Source: Paramecium tetraurelia (taxonomy: Eukaryota). Taken from it: 44,111 nucleotides of DNA. Position numbers and translations under genes: made by a program. Where the stretch lies: NCBI GenBank assembly GCA_000165425.1, contig CT868665.1, forward strand, positions 310,001 through 354,111, read 5' to 3'. The notes beneath the pieces were generated by a model. It saw nothing but the letters and a program-made list of their open reading frames with translations, did no database searches and was not told the origin of the DNA. Positions 14,562 to 27,741 of the stretch are shown one piece after another (the stretch's first letter is position 1; the number at the start of each line of letters is the position of its first letter).

Positions 14562-16760
14562 ATGAATAAAGACTCACGCTTTGCATATGTAACAATTAAA
14601 ATTTCCTAATGAAGACGAAATCCTCAATGTCTCCAAATAAGAACTTAAGGCAACCTGAATAGAGTGCTCAAACATATTCCACTGGCTTTACAAAAAAAAA
14701 CGCATTCAAGGCCGCCTAATAAAATTAAGCAGCTATTTTGAGTTAACTTCCAGAGATTCAAAAAAAAAGGAATAAAAATGATGTATTTGTGCATTCGCAA
14801 GAATTCTAAGAAATCCTTTAAATTGAATAAGATGAAAGGTATAAATTTATAAACCTAGCAAGGTATCGCTATTTAATAAAAAATGGTACAATCAAGAAAA
14901 TAGAAAACGGAGGCAATATCATCTTTTCTGAATTGCAATAGATACCAGGCATCTGGGTCTGTTATAGAAGACCATTAGAGAGATAAGCAAATGCAGAAAA
15001 GTTAAGTCTTGACTGGCTTGATCTATCACATATGCCATTGTTGGAAGGTGAAGAAAAATTAAAAATATTGACATTTCAACATAATCGAATTGGAGTAATT
15101 TAAAATTTAGTCTCTCTACCAAATTTGCTGTATTTAGATCTATATGATAACTAAATAAAGGAGATCGAGGAATTAAAATAAGTGTAAAAGCTAAAAGTTT
15201 TGTTAATGCCAAAAAATTAAATACGAAAAATACAAAACTTGGATTACTTATTAAAATTAGAAGTGTTGGATCTACACAGCAATAAGATTACCAATTTGGA
15301 AGGTCTAAACAAATTGAAAAGCTTAAAAGTGTTGAATCTAGGAAACAATTTGATCCAAAAACTTGAAGGCTTGGAAGAATTAACTTCACTTAATGAATTA
15401 AATTTGAAAATCAATTAGATTGAATTCATAGATCATATCTCAGGTATTTTATGTATCAAATTATTGTTAGTTCTCCCATAATTGCAGAAACTATTTTTAT
15501 CTTAAAATAAAATAAATTAATATCCATTCATTTTTGATTTACTGGAATTATATTTGGAGAACAATCCAATATCATAAAATAAATCTGAATATCATAAATA
15601 TATATGTTCCAATTATGAAAAACTTCGAATATTGGATGGGAAACCAGTAGAATTAGTTAGATAAGACATATAATTCTTAGAAATCCCTAAAAGTGAGCCA
15701 ATTAAAAAAAAAAATTTGAATCAATTGGTTTAGTAATAATAACAAAAGAAACCATAAAAATTGCATCAATTTGGATTGGAGATCTAAGGTGTAGGTTAAG
15801 ATTCTAAATTAAAGGACGATGCAAATCAAGCTTAATTATCAAAGAAAGATGCAAACAGTTCAAAAAATTAGACTAAAGATCTGTAATTAAGTCACAAGAA
15901 TTCAATATCATCAAATGGAGCTGAAGATGAGATAATATCTTTGATTAAGAAATAATGGGTTCAAGAAAGCAAAAGGATTTAAGAATTAGAATAATCGTAT
16001 CAAATAAACTCGAAAAGTTGTTTAGAACATTAAATTCTAGAAGGAGGTCATGCTGAAGTAGAGGATGTATGATTTGATTTCATTTTAGGATACATTCTTA
16101 TTGATTTATGGAACAGCAGCAGGAATGGTGCTACCAACTTAACACTTTAATCAGATAATAGAAAAGATTCACTTTCAGTATATGTTTTTTGATTCACTTA
16201 TCGATTCCCAATTATAAGTGATTAAAGAGTATACTAAATTAAAAGAAATAATTCTTAAGGATAATTATATCAACAGTCTACTTTAATTAGCGAAATTAGA
16301 AGTATTTTCACAATTTAGATATTAGCATTTAGTAGACATTCAGAAAATCACCATTTAGAATAATCAAATAAACAATTGCTCTTTTATGTTTTCGTTTCTT
16401 GTATATAGAATTCCTACTTTAACTCAAATTAACAATAAGGATGTAAGAAATGAGGATAGATAGAAAGTATGGTTTATTGGCATTTTAAAAAGGCAAAATC
16501 GCTTTTCTCGAATTTCGATAAAGCATTAATCGTGCATGAAAAAGGATAGAACAGTGATAATTTTAGATAATTGAAAAGCTATCAAAAAAATAGACAATAT
16601 ATTAAAACGTATCAGAAGGCTTTAAATGAAGTTGTGTTTCAATAAAAAATAGTTATCAATTAATAGAAATTAGTAATTTATATAAATTATTTAGTTTGAT
16701 AATATGTTTGAAAATTACCTAAATTAAATAATCGAAGTCTGCAAAAATAAGGAAAAATGA
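14562..16760 (+). CDS. LRRC49: Leucine-rich repeat protein 49-like (tubulin polyglutamylase complex subunit)
   Basis: PGIWVCYRRPLERQANAEKLSLD..MPLLEGEEKLKILTFQHNRI..LYLDLYDNQI, tandem SDS22-type LRRs, then GHAEVEDDTFLLIYG. Matches my recollection of the LRRC49 layout. Confidence 0.85.
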
Positions 16761-16909
16761 TATCATTTTTAATTTAATACTTTTATTAAATTCTATGGAC
16801 ATAAATTTTAATTACTTCGCATAGTTAAACTGCTGAGCAACATTAATAACTGTCTCAAATCCTCATATTAATATTATTTATATGGTATTATGATTAATTA
16901 TTATTGTCT

Positions 16910-17329
16910 ATGAAAAATTAGGCTGTGCAGACTATCGAAACAGGTGCCATATTTAATTTTTAACCTTTGGAAGTTATTGAACAAAAACGATCAATAATAA
17001 CTAAAGATCTTGTTAAGAAGAAGGCAAAAGTGTAGAGATCCTCTTTAACAGATGATCCTCTTCCATATTTAAAACCATTAAAATAAAATAACCAAATAAA
17101 ATTGAGGCAACTCATGTTACCAAATATTAAAATATAAGAAAAACCTTAGATATCAAAATTAAAAGATCGCTATTTATCAATATAACAGAATTCACAATAA
17201 ATTTCTAGTTGCTTAACTAAATTAAGAAGATACTCTCATTATGATTTCATTTCCAGAACAGACAGAACACTCTCAATTTAACCAACTTAAAGTTTGATAA
17301 CCAGCAGAGCATACATTAAATAAATTTGA
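16910..17329 (+). CDS. Hypothetical basic protein (~139 aa)
   Basis: Intronless code-6 ORF MKNQAVQTIETG...RAYIKQI-TGA. Confidence 0.55.
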
Positions 17330-17369
17330 TGATTATATCAACATGATAATCTATTACTAATTTTTTTGT

Positions 17370-18016
17370 TCAGCGCTTTCTTTTGAGTTTCGGAGTCTTG
17401 CTTATCGAGTATTTTATTTTTGGATTTTCATCTTCAATAAGGTGTTCTACCTATTGATTTTGAGTACAATTCGTGAGATCTCTAAGTATATTGTGATTTT
17501 ACTCTTAACTAGTTTTATCTTCTAGGAATCAATAATTCAGAATAATATACATATAAATTCTATTTGAATTTCTTGGGTTGAACCCATGATTTCCCATTCT
17601 CCAAATAGGTAATCATCTTTATGGAAATATTGCTCTTTTTATTATAAGTATAATAATTTATAACAGCCTTCATATACATATAAGTTTAAATTTAAATAAA
17701 ATTGTTAACTACTATCATCTTAATTATTTAAAGGGATCCTAGCATATTAAATTGCTCAAAATTACTAAAACTATTGATTCAATTTTGTTAATGTATAATG
17801 GAGATCCTCCTTGAAATCTTTGAGATCTTGTAAATATAGACAATCCTTCTTCCTGTTCAACTTGAATCCTTCCAAAATTACATTTAAATCCATAGTCATA
17901 GATATAACCTTCTCCTGGTTCATCGAATGCAATATGATTTATTCAATATAGAGATTACTATTAGGTATATCCAAACCTTATTCGATATTTGTACAATTGC
18001 AACGAAAAAAATTCAT
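17370..18016 (-). CDS. Hypothetical protein, exon structure uncertain
   Basis: MNFFRCNCTNIE...; GTA..TAG mini-introns near 17739-17765 and 17523-17551; probable end KTPKLKRKR-TGA. Middle exons not fully resolved. Confidence 0.5.
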
Positions 18017-18756
18017 TATTAAAATGTATAATATTATAATCATCTTCAAACCTAAGCTATTAATCGATGAATAATTTAAAGATATTTTCTATCTTCGAAT
18101 AATGGTAGGCAGAAGTGAATAATTACAAGTTGTAAAATACATTTGAATAGTATCAATCACATTAGAATCAATAATATTTATGTAAGGTATAATTAAATTA
18201 TTAAAATGATGATCAATTTGTAATATACTACCAATTATTTTGATTCTGTCTACAAACTAGACCATAATCTTATATTTGTTTTACAATAACTTTACATCCT
18301 TTTGATATCATATAAGTTGCATATATTATACTTAAGCTGAGCTACATCAATAACTATAACTTGCTAAAATTGCACACTCAAGAATCATCATAATTGATGA
18401 GAATAGTAAAATTGGTAAGCAATTTAATACAAGATTGTCAAATAACATATAACATAAAAAAAACCTAAAAACAAAAAGAATAGTTCTCTTTAAAATCGTA
18501 TATTTACAATTTAGTCAAAAATAATCATAGTATAAATCAAAGATATTGATTTAAGCTGAATTTAAATAAATTGTGTAGATTTCAAATTTCAATACTATTA
18601 TTAGTCAATTATATTTATTGTCTAACATTGCAATTCTGTATTTTTTAATATTATAACCAAATAGAATAGCAATCGAATTTTCATATTTTAGAACCTAATA
18701 TTTGATAAAATTTATCATTGTTAAAAAATCTGAATGAATATAATAGTTCAGCAAAT

Positions 18757-19179
18757 ATGCTCATTAATCATCTAAATATTAAACATATCCTAACCTACTA
18801 AAACCATTATTTGTTGCAATTTAAGTTTGATTAATTGATAATTAGGTGGGTCGATTGTTATCCAACATTTATTAAGGACTTATAAAAATAGGCAGATGAT
18901 CAAATGATATTAGACATGAGTAAAAAATTTGGATTTTATAATGAACTAAAAATTATGATAAAGGCTTAAGCATGGAGTAAACATCATAAAAAATATATAT
19001 TAGAAGGGATAGTAGTAAATACATCAAAATTAATGAAAGCACACATTTTTTCTAAAAAGGAAGAAAGTAAAAGGCTGTATGATAAAAAAATATTGACGTC
19101 TGTTTAATGGCCTTCAAATTTGATCAAGGATTATGAATAATAAGTACTCTATCAATTGTCTAGAATAAAATTAGAATGA
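18757..19179 (+). CDS. Small protein (~133 aa) with possible divergent chromo/chromoshadow-like segments
   Basis: ATG 18757, 21-nt intron 18825-18845, TGA 19177-19179. IKHILTYQNHYLLQFKWVDCYPTF and VQWPSNLIKDYEQQV. Confidence 0.55.
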
Positions 19180-19242
19180 GAAGAGATTGCCTTGTTTTAT
19201 AGCCAGATAGAATTATTTTATTGGTTTCGATATTTTAAATAT

Positions 19243-19773
19243 TCATAATGTTTTTTCTTTTTATTCCACTCTAAACTATATTTTGGGTGGAGGGGAACTA
19301 TCGATCATATCATTTCTTAAAGTAAATCCTTCGGTACTTAAAGATCTATCAGACTTTTCTTTAAAGTTGCTTGACAACATTGTTTCATACTAAAGATTGA
19401 AAAAAGTTTGACCTTATTTATCAAGATTTTCTTCAGGTTGAGTTTGATTCCTAAGCTGGCTTTTACTTAATTCATCTATTTGATTAGGACATTGATGCTC
19501 ATTTGGTACAACTTTATTTGCCTAACTGGATTAGTAGATGCTCACAGCCTAAATTATATTTATGGGATTTTAAGTTTATAATTGATAAGGTTTTGTTTTA
19601 TTCCTATTTACAGGAATTTCGAGTTCGCAAGGTGGTGTAATATTTAGATTAACACCCTTGAGGAGTTTGATGTTTTGTTAAATATCATCGTTTTGATATT
19701 GCTATTTCTGCTGGAAGTCAGAATTTGGTTCAATATGTGGAATAGCACATGGGCATATTTTACAAACACCCAT
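19243..19773 (-). CDS. Hypothetical protein with possible N-myristoyl/palmitoyl motif
   Basis: MGVCKICPC start; code-6 ORF of ~176 aa; internal introns cannot be excluded. Confidence 0.55.
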
Positions 19774-20007
19774 TATTTATTGAATATATAATTATAAAAA
19801 AAGATCTTTCTTATAAAATTAGATTTATGCATAAGCTAATATTTTATATTTATTTGACATTTGATCATCAGTTTGTTATATCAGTTGATAGCTAGAAGAT
19901 ATATTAAGGCCAAAAGAATCACGTTTATTCTGCTCAGGCATTTTAGGTTAATCAATTTATTATATAAAGTTTTAAACAAATATATTTAATTTTTTTTAAC
20001 CGAATTA

Positions 20008-21649
20008 ATGAATTTGGCAATTTCATCAAGTTCAGAAGAAGAATCATCATATAATGCTAAAGAATAAGACAGAATATTAAAGAATTCAAATATTTTTAAA
20101 TAGAAAGCTAGCTCTCATTTGAATTGCTTGAAACATCCAAATAAGAAAGTATGAAACAAATTATACATAGGCAAAATATTATGCCTAAAACGATAAGCGA
20201 ACATTGTTCTGTTCTAAATGTGCTTTGAATTTAGCACTTAAGGGACACAAAATTGAAGAGAGCGCTGGAGCAGAGTTAGAATTCCAAAGACAATTGAGAA
20301 TTAACTAATTTTAGGAATCGATGAAATAAACTTTACAAGCTTGCAATTTTAAAATAATAGACTTTAATAACATGTAAATAAATCAAAAGCAAATGCTTGA
20401 AGATTAAAAAGCTAATTGCATAAGATTTTTTGAATAAGTGATTGAAACAGCTTAATAATTAAAGTAAACCTACATTCAAAAGTTTCAACATGACCATTTA
20501 AGTCTGGAGTAGAATATTTTGGATTGTTAATAGGCAGTGACGAATTATGAGAAGCAATTATAGCAATTTTAAATTGATATTGAGAAAAACCACTCTAACA
20601 TAGTGAAAAAAATGGAGATGAAACCCTTTGAAGACATAATGTAAAGATACGAGAAAAGAGTAAAGAATATTTAACAATTATTATCAGAAATGAAATTAGA
20701 TTCTAGTGTAAAAATCAATTAATTTGAGTAATCATAAATTTTAACATTTATGAATAAAATGTGCTACAATATTTTATTAAACGATTAGATAAAGTCTAGA
20801 AGTAATTCAATCAATTATAACAATCCTTCTATTGATATGAAAGCATTTGATGTCTTAGAAAATGATGATATTTATTAGAGCACATTCTCGAACACAATTA
20901 AAGATAGCAATAGCTAAAATCCTCCATCTCCCATCTCTAAATTGCCAATTTATAAAAGTAATGGATCTAATCCCATTTCCACAATCTAAAATTCAAGAAG
21001 AGAAAGCAATTCAAACACTCCAGAAAGTTGGAATCACACCCACATCCAAAATTGTGATCAACAATTGCAGATTCCCTTATAGCCAAACAGTCATAATGTG
21101 AGTTTGAATGAGTAGCCAATTACGATCAACTAATAATAATAGTAGCCTAATGAAAGGTTCAATGTTTAGGAGATTGTGAAGTAAGCAAATGACAATGTCT
21201 AAATATAAACTAGTGAACACTTGAAAAACCTAGAGATATCACCTTTGATTCAATAGAAGAGTTAATCAAATTTACCACAATCTGTCAAGATATACAACAG
21301 TCAAAGAAGTAATGTAATTGATATATCCTTAGACTAATACGATTCGAACACAAATAATAAATCTCAGGATCAGAAATAAAGAAAAAAACAGCCATCAGTG
21401 GATTATTTTGAATAGAAACGATGTTACATTATAAATCAGAATCAACAAAAATCATAGTTGTAATAATAAGAAGATTCACTGAAGGATAGAATTTTTAAAG
21501 AATTAAGTGGACATTCCAGTGAATCCGTTTATAATTAAGTTTTAAAAATAAATACTACTCAACAAAAAATTAAAAAGGGAAAGGAGAACACTTAGATTGA
21601 TTGGACAAGTAGTTTAAGAAATAAGTAAAATTTACTAACAAAAAAATGA
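20008..21649 (+). CDS. B-box-like zinc motif + coiled coil + low-complexity protein
   Basis: CLKHPNKK|AKYYAQNDKRTLFCSKCALNLALKGHKIE (22-nt intron), then long Q/K/E helices. TGA 21647-21649. Confidence 0.7.
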
Positions 21650-21740
21650 GTAATTAAAAATATTGATAAAATACTTTTTTCCTTCAGAAAATTTCACTTT
21701 ATAAATTATATATACGTTATTTTAGCAAAGAATAATAAAT

Positions 21741-22887
21741 ATGAAATATTTTTTCTTAATTTGGTTTGTTTATTTGACTCTCGGAAATTCAATAGTCGGA
21801 AAAAAAGCTTCAGGTAATCACATTCAGTATATCTTAGAATAGTTCTTCCCACTAATTATGGATTGGCTCAAAAAATAAGAATAGAAGATTGACTAAGCTT
21901 TGGCTTTCAGTGCAATAACTGAAATTATTTAACAAACTGATGAAGAACTATTGTAAATCAATGAAAATTCGGAGTTTGTTAATTCATTTCAATAATAAGT
22001 ATTCTGTTAGAGTAACATTATCAAGATATTGAAATATTGCAAAGTGAAACAGGATTTTGAACATGATAGGATAGGGAATATAGACAAATTCATACAAGAT
22101 GAACTCAAACACAACTCCAACTATTTCAAAATTATGATCAAAGACAAAGAAAAAATGATAGATTAGGATAATAAAGAATTGGAAAAAGTCAAAAAATCCA
22201 TCAAAGATCACACCAAAATGAAAGATAAATTAAATGATATTCTGGAATTAATCCAAGAAATCGATATAAGTAAATTCAAATTTTTATATGATAGGCTTAC
22301 AAATAGGAACTGCCGAAAAGTTATATAAAATATTAGAAATTATTGAATCAAAAGCAGTTATCGGGTTGTTTAAACAACAATCTGAAGAAATATAACTTTA
22401 TTTAACACATGTTGATTAACTTTTCAAAACCAAAAATTTTCAATAAGACTAAGTAATTTTTTGATGTTCATCCTAGTTTGAAATAATTAATCTGATTTCG
22501 ATGATTAAGAATATCTTATTGGACATGAAATTTAACATACAACTGAAAATGTAGGAGGACGATATGGCAACTCTTGAAACAATAAGGTTCTTTGAAAATA
22601 CCAAAATTACTCATCAAATAGCACTGGATTATTTTAAGGGTGAATCCAATCAATTCTTAGGTAATTATTGTAGCTATAGGAATCATAGGTAATTTAATGA
22701 AAATATGGGAATAGTCTTTTGATAATTAAAATGAGATATACAAGGATAACATATAATTTTGTTAGATAATTGAAAAATTATCCTAAGAAATGAATAAAGT
22801 TGATTCTCTTAATTCTACACCATAATTTACAAAATACTCTCTAAAAAAGACAGAAGTCTAATTCTTAAAGCAATAAAATTGATTTGA
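21741..22887 (+). CDS. Secreted coiled-coil protein, trichocyst-matrix-protein-like
   Basis: Hydrophobic signal MKYFFLIWFVYLTLG; ~350 aa of heptad helices with sparse Cys; ends EVQILKAIKLI-TGA; several tiny introns. Confidence 0.55.
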
Positions 22888-22927
22888 TAGAGTTATTGAT
22901 ATATTTTTTTCTATATATAAATAAATT

Positions 22928-24358
22928 TCAATAATTTAATAAATAATCAACTATTTTGTAGGTCTTTTTCTAATGATCTTTCTCTAGAGAGTAACTTATT
23001 GCTTATTTTGTAGATCTCTTCGTAACTACAGATGAACTTTGTTTTTATTAGGAAAATCTTTTGTATAAATGAGACAAGGCAGATGACAATGTTTAAGGTT
23101 GTTATCTTTACATGGTTTTCTTCTATTAAACTTACTGCTGTTGTATTTGTTGTATTTATTGATTTGATTATTTTTGTTTTTATTGATTCATTGACTCATT
23201 TAATGGTGAGGGCAATTAAAAATGTTTTTTCTTTGATTGAATAGATTTGGAGGTCCTGATTTCGAAATTTTCATGAGAAGTATTGGCCTTCAATTTATTT
23301 TAAGAAGGTAATTCTTTTTGATAAGATGATCTCACACGATATCTTTTGTTGGTAGAGGGACTTTAACATTTATCTTGAAAACATTATAATGTGTTATTAT
23401 TAACATCAAGACTAGGTTTAGCTTTAAAGTGATGCTATTATTAATATAATAATGACTATTGTTGTTAATGCGATTGATGATATTACTCAACATACTTGAT
23501 GATTTCTTTAGTGGATTGTTATGTTTAAAACAAGCTTTCAAATTCTCTTGTTTGTGGTATTTGTTTTGGACTTTTAGGAGTATTTGCATAAGGAACTGAC
23601 TCTTTTTGTAGTGATCTTGAAGAAATGAGTCTAGAATTGAATCCTGATTTGATGTCACTGATATTACAATCCAACATACTTTAACGAGGGGGGGATTGTG
23701 CAGAAAACTGATCCATTTCACTGTCTATTAAATCTGCTAATTGTTGTTTCTTCTTAACTACTTATTTTTGTTTTGGTGATTTATCTACTAATTATTAGAG
23801 TTTAGATTGTATTTGTGATAAATCCAACAGGACTTCTTTGCTTTCAAGATTAAAAGATGATGAGGACCTTATTGAATTATCACATTCTAAAAATATTGCT
23901 TAATTTAAGGAGGAATCTCTAGGTACAGATGGAATGCATGTGTAATGACTAAATGGAGTAGAAGTCTTGCTTGAATAGTAATCTTCTTAATTGTTATCGA
24001 AATTAATGAATTGATTACAATTTTTATCGTCAATTTTATCTTATTTGATGGCTTTGACTGTATAATCCATAGTTTCCAATCTCCAAGGTTTCTTTTCTAG
24101 ATATTTGCTTATGCGTAACAAAATTAACTAATTGTCTGCTTTTTTTGAAATAAAATATTCTAATTTTTGTAATCTTCTACAATAAAACTATTCAATTTTT
24201 TTAATCATTTTACGGAAATACTTCTCAACTTCCAATATGGGACTATTTTGTTTTTCTTGATTTATTAATCTATAAAATAATTATTGTATATTTGAGGCAA
24301 GACTTCGTTATGGTAAATCGTTAATTAATGATTCTAATTCGTAATAAAAATCATTCAT
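22928..24358 (-). CDS. Hypothetical coiled-coil/low-complexity protein (~476 aa)
   Basis: MNDFYYELESLINDLP...KIVDYLLNY-TGA; start and stop share a frame. Confidence 0.65.
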
Positions 24359-24501
24359 TATTTAATATAATTAAATAAATACTGTTATTCAAACTCCTTT
24401 CTTTTTTAATTTATATAAAACGATATAATCATTGAGACTAGCTTTATATATTGGAATACAAAATCCAATAATTATCATAAATATTTACAAAAAAATTAAT
24501 T

Positions 24502-25503
24502 ATGCAAAAGGTATATAAACATCATACATATCTATTCAGAACGATTACGGTTTTGCTGGCGATGAAAAAGTGAAGAAAATCGATAATGAACACTATGATG
24601 AGGCAATTGAATTGAAGGATGATGAAGAAGAAGAAATAGTTAGTGGTGAAGAAGACGAAGAATAATGTAATGATTATACATACTAATCCGCTAGATTAAG
24701 CTGGAGCTAGAGGACCCCAATAAGCTGCATAAAGTGCTGGATTTCAAGATGGAAAAGTTCCTTTGCCTGCAGGAGCTTACAATCCAAATGATTATTCAAA
24801 TTTATAAGTAGGTGCAGAAGTCAAATAATTGTTTGAATACATCGCTAGGTATTTCTCTTCATATAATTTCAGATACAAAGCTCCTTAAATGGTTTTGGAT
24901 GCAAAATTAAAACCATTCATACCAGATTATGTACCTGCCATCGGTGAAGTAGATGCATTCATCAAGATGCCCAGACCTGATGGACAACCAGAGACACTCG
25001 GTTTAGTTACATTAGTAATCTATTTAAATTAATTATAGGATGAACCTGCTCTTAATCAATCCAAAAAGGCCAAATTGGATCTGTTGATGAGAGAATATGT
25101 TAAGGTAGCAAATAGAGGCAAAAACACGACCATTCATGCTATTGAAAATGCAGATAAAAATCCAAAGGAAATTACTGCATGGATTAATGATGTGGCAGAA
25201 ATACATAAAAAAAAGTAACCTCCTTCAGTTTCCTATTCAAAAATTATGCCTGATATAGAAGAATTAATGTAGGTGTGGCCACAAGAGATTGAAGACCTAT
25301 TTTAAAGCACACAATTACCAGGGGACAATATTGACATGGGTTTATAAGAATATTGCTAATTCTCATGCAATTTATTAGACATTCCTGTTCATACAATTAA
25401 TAACAATAGAAATATCATAGAGTCTTTACATGTTTTATTCACATTGTTTTCAGAATTCAAAACCAATTAACATTTCAGACAAAACAATGATGAAATTTAA
25501 TGA
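24502..25503 (+). CDS. IFT46: Intraflagellar transport protein 46
   Basis: Acidic N-terminus, GAYNPNDY, LFEYIARY, KLKPFIPDYVPAIGEVDAFIKMPRPDG..LGL..LDEPALNQS, MPDIEELMQVWP, LLDIPV, IESLHVLFTLFSEFKTNQHF; four introns. Confidence 0.97.
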
Positions 25504-25588
25504 ATATTCAATAATATAACATTATTTTCATTTTCATTCCTATTCTCTCAGATTGGATTCATTTTGGAATATTTATTATAATTATTAA

Positions 25589-26677
25589 ATGCACACGCTT
25601 ATTATTTCTGTTGTATAATATTTAAAGAAAGGAAAGAAGAAGAAACCAAAATAAAACAAGTAACAATTTCTAAATTATGACAAAATTTTTGATAGTGATG
25701 AAGAAGCAGCCGATGAACTCATTTCCTAACCAAAAATAATGCCATCTTATATATATGAATTTAATTTTGAAAAACTATTCAATAATGGAATTTCTTTGCC
25801 CTTTTATAACTCAAACATCCCAATCACATTGGTTATTGGTGAAATAAATGTCGGAAAAACCCATCTAATCTAATAATTGATGGGAGCATCATTATAAATT
25901 ATTCTCAAAAAGCATAATTCAATTTTGTGTTATCAAGATCAAAAGCAGTGTTTCATTGAAGTTTCTATTGATTGGAATGATTTTGAGTCCGTCTTCATTT
26001 GCAATGTTCTACAAAAGATATCCAACCTTACAATTTTAATTAATGATTCAGTTAATAAAAAAGTATTATCCTAATACGAACTTTGGAATAATGTGGTGTT
26101 TGTACATAAGTACCTCATTAAAGAATAGAAAGACTTTTTAATTGAGTATAGAAAGTTGAAGGAACACAACACTTTAAATAATTTCTACTACCAAAAAGGG
26201 TAGATTCACTTATTTTATGAACAACATGAGACTTACAAATAAATTCAGAGTATTAATCTAAATAATAAAAATACATTAAGTATTCTCGAATCAGTACAAA
26301 CAACTTTGAATTAATCAACCTATTTATTGCCATTTAAGATTGATCTTGTCTATGTCAATAAAATTATTTAATTAAAGTAGTAGTTGTAAAACAAAGACAT
26401 TGTAGTCTAATATATCAAAGATTACTATGAGAACAATGAGTAAATCTTGAAGTTTAATTAAAACAAAGATTACACATTAATCACAATCACTAAGCCTTAT
26501 TTAAAGATACAAAACACTTCTGTTGAAATAGAGAATTCTCAATTACTATTAAACATAATGATTAGAGATTTAAGATTTGCATTTATCATCCCATTTTTAT
26601 ACAAGAGAAAATGTGGATATGCTCAAGTCGAGACACATATTTAATAAGATGATTTTATTATATTATCATTTAGTTGA
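25589..26677 (+). CDS. Divergent P-loop NTPase-like protein (~362 aa)
   Basis: Intronless ORF with Walker A ITLVIGEINVGKTHLIQQLMG. Confidence 0.65.
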
Positions 26678-26774
26678 AGAACTATTCATAATAATAATAA
26701 TAATGTTTATGAAAATAAAAAAAAAAAGGATTCATAATAATTTTGTTTTGTTGTTATTATTTCTTAATAATAGA

Positions 26775-27573
26775 TCAATATGTCTTTTTAACTCTTTCTG
26801 CATTTTTGGGAGAGTCATAAATGGTGGGAGGTCTACGCATTTCATGTTGGAAGTGATTATATTCAAATGTTCTGTTTGATCTTCTAGTATATGCCAATTC
26901 CATTAGGAAATCAAACATATCATCCTAGAATGTATAATTGGAATTTGAATACAGTGCAAGCATAAGCAGCTTCGTAATACATTGCATAACAAGGATAAGC
27001 TTTGGCTCTCTTAAGGTAATCTGCTTCGGTTTTGTCCATTTTGAAATGTTCAGCTTAATCGCAATCGAACCACTTCTAAAATCTAAGAGCACATAAGGTG
27101 AAATAATCTTGTTGTGATTGATATGTTGGGTATGGCACATACACTTTTTGTTTAGGTGGTAATCCAACTTGGAAACAATTCGTTCTGCCAGTTGGAGTTG
27201 TACCTCTGAATGGGAAGAGACAATCTTCAAGTGCCCCTATATAAAAAATCACTTTTCAAGTTCTTACATCCTTCGAATAATATAGTGTAAACATCATCAG
27301 GTTCCATCAAAGAGTATTTGTTTGCTGTAGTATCAAAATAAAAACACTAATTCGAAATTGAGTCTTACCTTTGTATACAATCTAAACCAATCCTTTAATT
27401 ACTCCTTTTCCCAGACTGCATCTGTTCTCAAGATAAAGTCCTTCTCATAATCTTTCCAATTAACTCCTTCAAAGTTTAAATGAATGCATTTTACCTTTGC
27501 TGGAGAAATCGTAATTGGGTGGCATTTTATGGAAATCCTTTGGCAATGTCTCAAGGAGAGATTGAGTGGCCAT
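26775..27573 (-). CDS. COX6B: Ciliate-type cytochrome c oxidase subunit 6B-like protein (~230 aa)
   Basis: Four introns. CALRFQKWFDC (Cx9C) and CYAMYYEAAYAC (Cx10C). KDFILRTDAVWEK, TPTGRTN and DDMFDFLMELAY match the Tetrahymena subunit as I recall it. Confidence 0.75.
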
Positions 27574-27741
27574 TAAATTTAATTAAAAATAAAAATGGAT
27601 TTTAATGATATATATCACTATTAATTTTGGAATTACAACACACATGCATATTACATTTATAGTTTCTAAGAAAATCAAGATTTGCTCTTCCAATATAATA
27701 ACATTTAATGATTATTCGATAATATCTAATTATATTAATAT

